NCBI GenBank assembly: GCA_022614965.1
Contig: JAKEHO010000017.1
Span: 54,280-118,279 of the forward strand
Length of the DNA: 64,000 nucleotides
Source of the DNA: Gammaproteobacteria bacterium
Lineage (GTDB): Bacteria; Pseudomonadota; Gammaproteobacteria; JAKEHO01
Direction of reading: 5' to 3'
Below the pieces are notes generated by a model that was not told where the DNA came from, searched no databases, and saw nothing but the letters and a program-made list of their open reading frames with translations. A program made the position numbers and the translations under genes. Positions 60,923-64,000 of the stretch are shown here, piece after piece (positions within the stretch are counted from its first letter, which is position 1; every line of letters starts with the position of its first letter).

Positions 60923-62053
60923 TCACGCGACCTGCTGGCTAGTACAGGTCTCGCTTGACTTGTGCGCCGCGACCAATATGGGTATGCCAACAGGTCTCTC
61001 GTCGTAAACCACGGGGGGCTCTGGTACGAGCGGCCCCTCGGTGCGCGGGCCGCGTACCGCCACCCACAGCGCCTTTAAGGGATTCGTAAACGTGTCATTT
61101 ACTGCAGTGGGCTCGTAGCCGCAATGGACCATGCAGTCGGCACACTTCGGGTTGCGTCCTGTACCGTAATTTTCCCAGTGTGTCTCCTCCATAAGTTTCT
61201 TAAAAGTTGGCGCATAACCTTCGCCTACCAATAAATAACACGGCTTCTGCCAGCCAAACACATTACGTGTTGGATTGCCCCACGGCGTGCACTGGTAAGC
61301 CTGGTTACCCGCAAGGTAGTCGAGATAGAGCGATGATTGGTTAAACCGCCAACGTTGTCCCTTGCCAAGTTTGAAGATTTCGCGGAAGAGTTGATGGCTG
61401 GTTCGTCTTTTTAGGAATACATCCTGTTTTGGTGCGCGCTCGTAGCTATAACCCGGGGAGATCGTTACGCCTTCCACACCAAGTTCCATTGCAAAGTCAA
61501 GGAAATCTGCAACCTCGTTGGCCTGTTCTCCTTGAAACAAAGTGCAGTTGATGGTCACTCGAAAGCCTTTTTTTCGTGCCAGTTTGATCGTCTCGACAAC
61601 CTTGTCAAATACGCCCTCTCGGCACACGGATGCATCATGCCGTTCGCGGTTGCCGTCGAGATGAATCGAGAATGTGAGGTAAGGGGAAGGCCTGTAGTCG
61701 TCGATGCGCTTCTCAAGAAGCAGCGCGTTGGTGCAGAGATAAACGAATTTCTTGCGCTTGATGCAGCCCTCTACGATCTGCGGCATTTCCTTATGGATGA
61801 GAGGCTCGCCCCCAGGGATAGAAACAATAGGAGCGCCGCACTCGTCAACGGCGTCCATGCATTCCTCGTAGCTGAGACGTTTGTTCAGGATTTCGTCGGG
61901 ATAATCAATTTTTCCACAACCCGCGCAGGCCAAATTACACCGAAAGAGGGGCTCAAGCATAAGGACAAGCGGGTAACGCTCGACCCCGCGGAGTTTTTGC
62001 CAAAGGATGTACCTGCCCACGCGATACTGCTGAATTAAAGGAACACCCATCAC
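60923..62053 (-). CDS. hpnH: radical SAM adenosyl-hopene transferase HpnH
   Basis: CNLACAGCGKI radical-SAM cluster. N-terminus MxxPLIQQYRVGRYIL and the C-terminal HpnH-type domain (WGNPTRNVFGWQKPCYLL). Confidence 0.78.
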   Translation of the reverse strand: MMGVPLIQQYRVGRYILWQKLRGVERYPLVLMLEPLFRCNLACAGCGKIDYPDEILNKRLSYEECMDAVDECGAPIVSIPGGEPLIHKEMPQIVEGCIKRKKFVYLCTNALLLEKRIDDYRPSPYLTFSIHLDGNRERHDASVCREGVFDKVVETIKLARKKGFRVTINCTLFQGEQANEVADFLDFAMELGVEGVTISPGYSYERAPKQDVFLKRRTSHQLFREIFKLGKGQRWRFNQSSLYLDYLAGNQAYQCTPWGNPTRNVFGWQKPCYLLVGEGYAPTFKKLMEETHWENYGTGRNPKCADCMVHCGYEPTAVNDTFTNPLKALWVAVRGPRTEGPLVPEPPVVYDERPVGIPILVAAHKSSETCTSQQVA

Positions 62054-62218
62054 CTTCCCCTTGAGTTATTCGGCGAAAAGCCGCTGATTGTGGATTTTCT
62101 TATTGCTTATTGGCACGGTAAGATAATGTAAAGACGCGGAAAAGTACAGGCCGCTTGGATGCCCTAGGCTCATTCTAACTGTACCGGGCCGGGGTGGTGG
62201 GAAAGTGAACGCGATGTC

Positions 62219-62247
62219 TTGCAACCGCTGGGGGCCCTATCCATAAT
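62219..62247 (+). promoter_or_regulatory. near-consensus sigma70 promoter candidate for dxs
   Basis: TTGCAA, a 17-nt spacer, then CATAAT, about 30 nt upstream of the dxs ATG. Confidence 0.35.
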
Positions 62248-62276
62248 GACAAGCTCGATCAACGCCACTGAACCGC

Positions 62277-64000
62277 ATGAGCAACGACCAACCTTATAAC
62301 CTGCTCGATTCAATCGATAGTCCTGAAGATCTGCGTCGCCTGCCCGAATCGCAACTCGTGCCGTTGGCGAAGGAACTCCGTGATTTTCTGCTTGCATCCG
62401 TAAGCCAAAGCGGCGGCCATTTTGCGGCTGGTCTTGGTACCGTGGAGCTCACCATCGCACTGCACTATGTCTTTAACACCCCGGAGCACCGGCTGGTCTG
62501 GGATGTCGGGCATCAGGCATACCCTCACAAGGTGTTGACTGGGCGGCGCGAACGTATGCACACGATTCGTAAGTGGGGCGGGTTGGCCCCGTTTCCGAAA
62601 CGTAGTGAAAGCCACTACGACACCTTTGGCACAGGTCATTCAAGCACCTCTATCAGCGCTGCCTTGGGCATGGCCATTGCAGCGGCGCGTCTCGGGATCG
62701 ACCGTAAGGTCGTGGCTGTCATCGGCGATGGCGGTATGACCGCAGGGATGGCCTTTGAAGCACTCAACCATGCTGGCGACCTTGGTACCAACTTGCTTGT
62801 CGTGCTCAACGACAATGACATGTCGATCTCCCCAAATGTTGGCGCGTTGTCCAATTACTTTGCCAAGGTGTTGTCAGGCAAGCTTTATTCGACCGTTCGT
62901 GAAGGCAGTAAGAAAGTCCTCCGAAAGATGCCGTCCGTTTGGGAACTCGCGCGGCGGGCCGAAGAGCACTTCAAAGGATTAATAATCCCGGGCACATTAT
63001 TTGAAGAATTAGGGTTCAACTATATCGGTCCCATTGATGGGCACGATCTGCCTACGCTTGTGACCACGCTGAAGAATCTCAGTTCCTTAAAGGGGCCCCA
63101 AATGCTGCACGTGGTCACACGCAAGGGCAAGGGTTATGCGCCTGCTGAGGCTGATCCGGTCAAATATCACGGCGTTACGCCGTTTGATCCGAAAACTGGC
63201 ATTATTGCTTCAAAATCGAAATCTAAGCCCACGTACAGTGAAATCTTCAGTGACTGGGTTTGTGACATGGCGGCCATGGATGAGCGACTGGTTGCGATTA
63301 CGCCCGCCATGCGCGAGGGTTCGGGGCTCGTCAGGTTCGCAAATGAATTCCCCGAGCGTTACTTTGACGTCGGGATCGCCGAACAGCACAGCGTCACCGT
63401 TGCGGCGGGCATGGCGTGTGATGGTCTCAAGCCAGTCGTAGCGATCTATTCAACTTTTCTTCAGCGAGCATACGATCAGCTTATACACGATATCATTAAT
63501 CAAGGCTTACCTGTGATGTTCGCTATTGATCGCGCAGGTCTGGTCGGTGCGGATGGGCCGACCCACAACGGCAGCTTCGATCTGACGTATCTTCGCTGTT
63601 TGCCTAACATGGTGGTGATGGCGCCTTCAAATGAGAACGAGTGTCGGCAGATGCTCTATACCGCCTTTCTGCTCGATAAGCCGAGTGCCGTGCGCTATCC
63701 GCGCGGAAGTGGCCCGGGGGTAGCAATAGAACCGGCGATGAAGGCGCTGCCAGTTGGGAAGGCTGAGCTACTCCGCAAGGGGAAAGGGATTGCGATCCTT
63801 GCCTTTGGCACGATGGTGCGGATCGCGCAGGACGCTGCTGAGGAGCTGGATGCGACGGCAGTCAATATGCGATTTGTAAAGCCGCTTGATGAGGACATGA
63901 TCTTGCAATTGGCCGCCCGGCACGATCTGTTGGTGAGTATTGAAGAGAACGTTGTGGCAGGGGGCGCTGGCAGTGGGATTGGCGAGTGCCTCGCGGCCCA
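62277..64000 (+). CDS. dxs: 1-deoxy-D-xylulose-5-phosphate synthase (3' end truncated by window edge)
   Basis: The frame is open from the ATG at about 62277 to the window end. TPP-binding GDG motif ([14 protein letters not shown]...[20 protein letters not shown]) and transketolase-like pyrimidine domain. Not in the ORF track because no stop is reached. Confidence 0.9.
   Translation, partial: MSNDQPYNLLDSIDSPEDLRRLPESQLVPLAKELRDFLLASVSQSGGHFAAGLGTVELTIALHYVFNTPEHRLVWDVGHQAYPHKVLTGRRERMHTIRKWGGLAPFPKRSESHYDTFGTGHSSTSISAALGMAIAAARLGIDRKVVAVIGDGGMTAGMAFEALNHAGDLGTNLLVVLNDNDMSISPNVGALSNYFAKVLSGKLYSTVREGSKKVLRKMPSVWELARRAEEHFKGLIIPGTLFEELGFNYIGPIDGHDLPTLVTTLKNLSSLKGPQMLHVVTRKGKGYAPAEADPVKYHGVTPFDPKTGIIASKSKSKPTYSEIFSDWVCDMAAMDERLVAITPAMREGSGLVRFANEFPERYFDVGIAEQHSVTVAAGMACDGLKPVVAIYSTFLQRAYDQLIHDIINQGLPVMFAIDRAGLVGADGPTHNGSFDLTYLRCLPNMVVMAPSNENECRQMLYTAFLLDKPSAVRYPRGSGPGVAIEPAMKALPVGKAELLRKGKGIAILAFGTMVRIAQDAAEELDATAVNMRFVKPLDEDMILQLAARHDLLVSIEENVVAGGAGSGIGECLAA

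Noticed and set aside
1-64000. CRISPR arrays, tRNA/rRNA genes, IS elements or transposases, integrases, and toxin-antitoxin or defence cassettes.
   Set aside because: No tandem 25-40 bp repeats with spacers. No intergenic gap with cloverleaf-like sequence. No DDE, HUH, tyrosine-recombinase or nuclease/helicase signatures apart from mfd.

Overview
This is a proteobacterial chromosomal segment with high GC, about 55-60% by hand counts of 60-nt samples. Gene content and synteny resemble acidophilic gamma/betaproteobacteria such as Acidithiobacillus, but I cannot confirm the organism. No rRNA, tRNA, CRISPR array, IS element or transposase was recognised.

Gene order across the window:
- 0-13 kb: housekeeping genes pheA-hisC-tyrA-aroA-cmk-rpsA-ihfB-lapA-lapB-pyrF-mfd.
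- 13-28.5 kb: a CsiV-like periplasmic protein, purine salvage genes mtnP-hpt, an NfeD/stomatin pair, an HDAC-like deacetylase, glyA, nrdR-ribD-ribE-ribBA-ribH-nusB-thiL, a class II glutamine amidotransferase and fumC.
- About 28.6-37.1 kb: a lower-GC envelope-glycan island (about 42-50% GC in sampled stretches). It is the most interesting part of the window.
- 37.3-42.1 kb: kdkA-lpxI-lpxB, a CPBP intramembrane protease and a convergent lpxA.
- 42.2-58 kb: acnA, mnmA-nudJ, an NhaD-like antiporter, yhdP-rng and glcDEF.
- 58-64 kb: mlaA, a MlaC/HpnM-like protein, hopanoid genes hpnI-hpnH and a 3'-truncated dxs.

The glycan island has two divergent arms. On the minus strand a five-gene operon encodes a Gfo/Idh/MocA dehydrogenase plus a DegT aminotransferase, resembling the GnnA/GnnB or WbpB/WbpE amino-sugar module. 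This pair is flanked by two SAM-dependent methyltransferases, one with an N-terminal zinc ribbon, and preceded by an unassignable 167-codon ORF. On the plus strand sit an O-antigen-ligase-like protein, GT2 and GT4 glycosyltransferases and a small orphan coiled-coil gene with its own promoter.

Many long antisense ORFs in the six-frame track are GC-driven shadows of the real genes.
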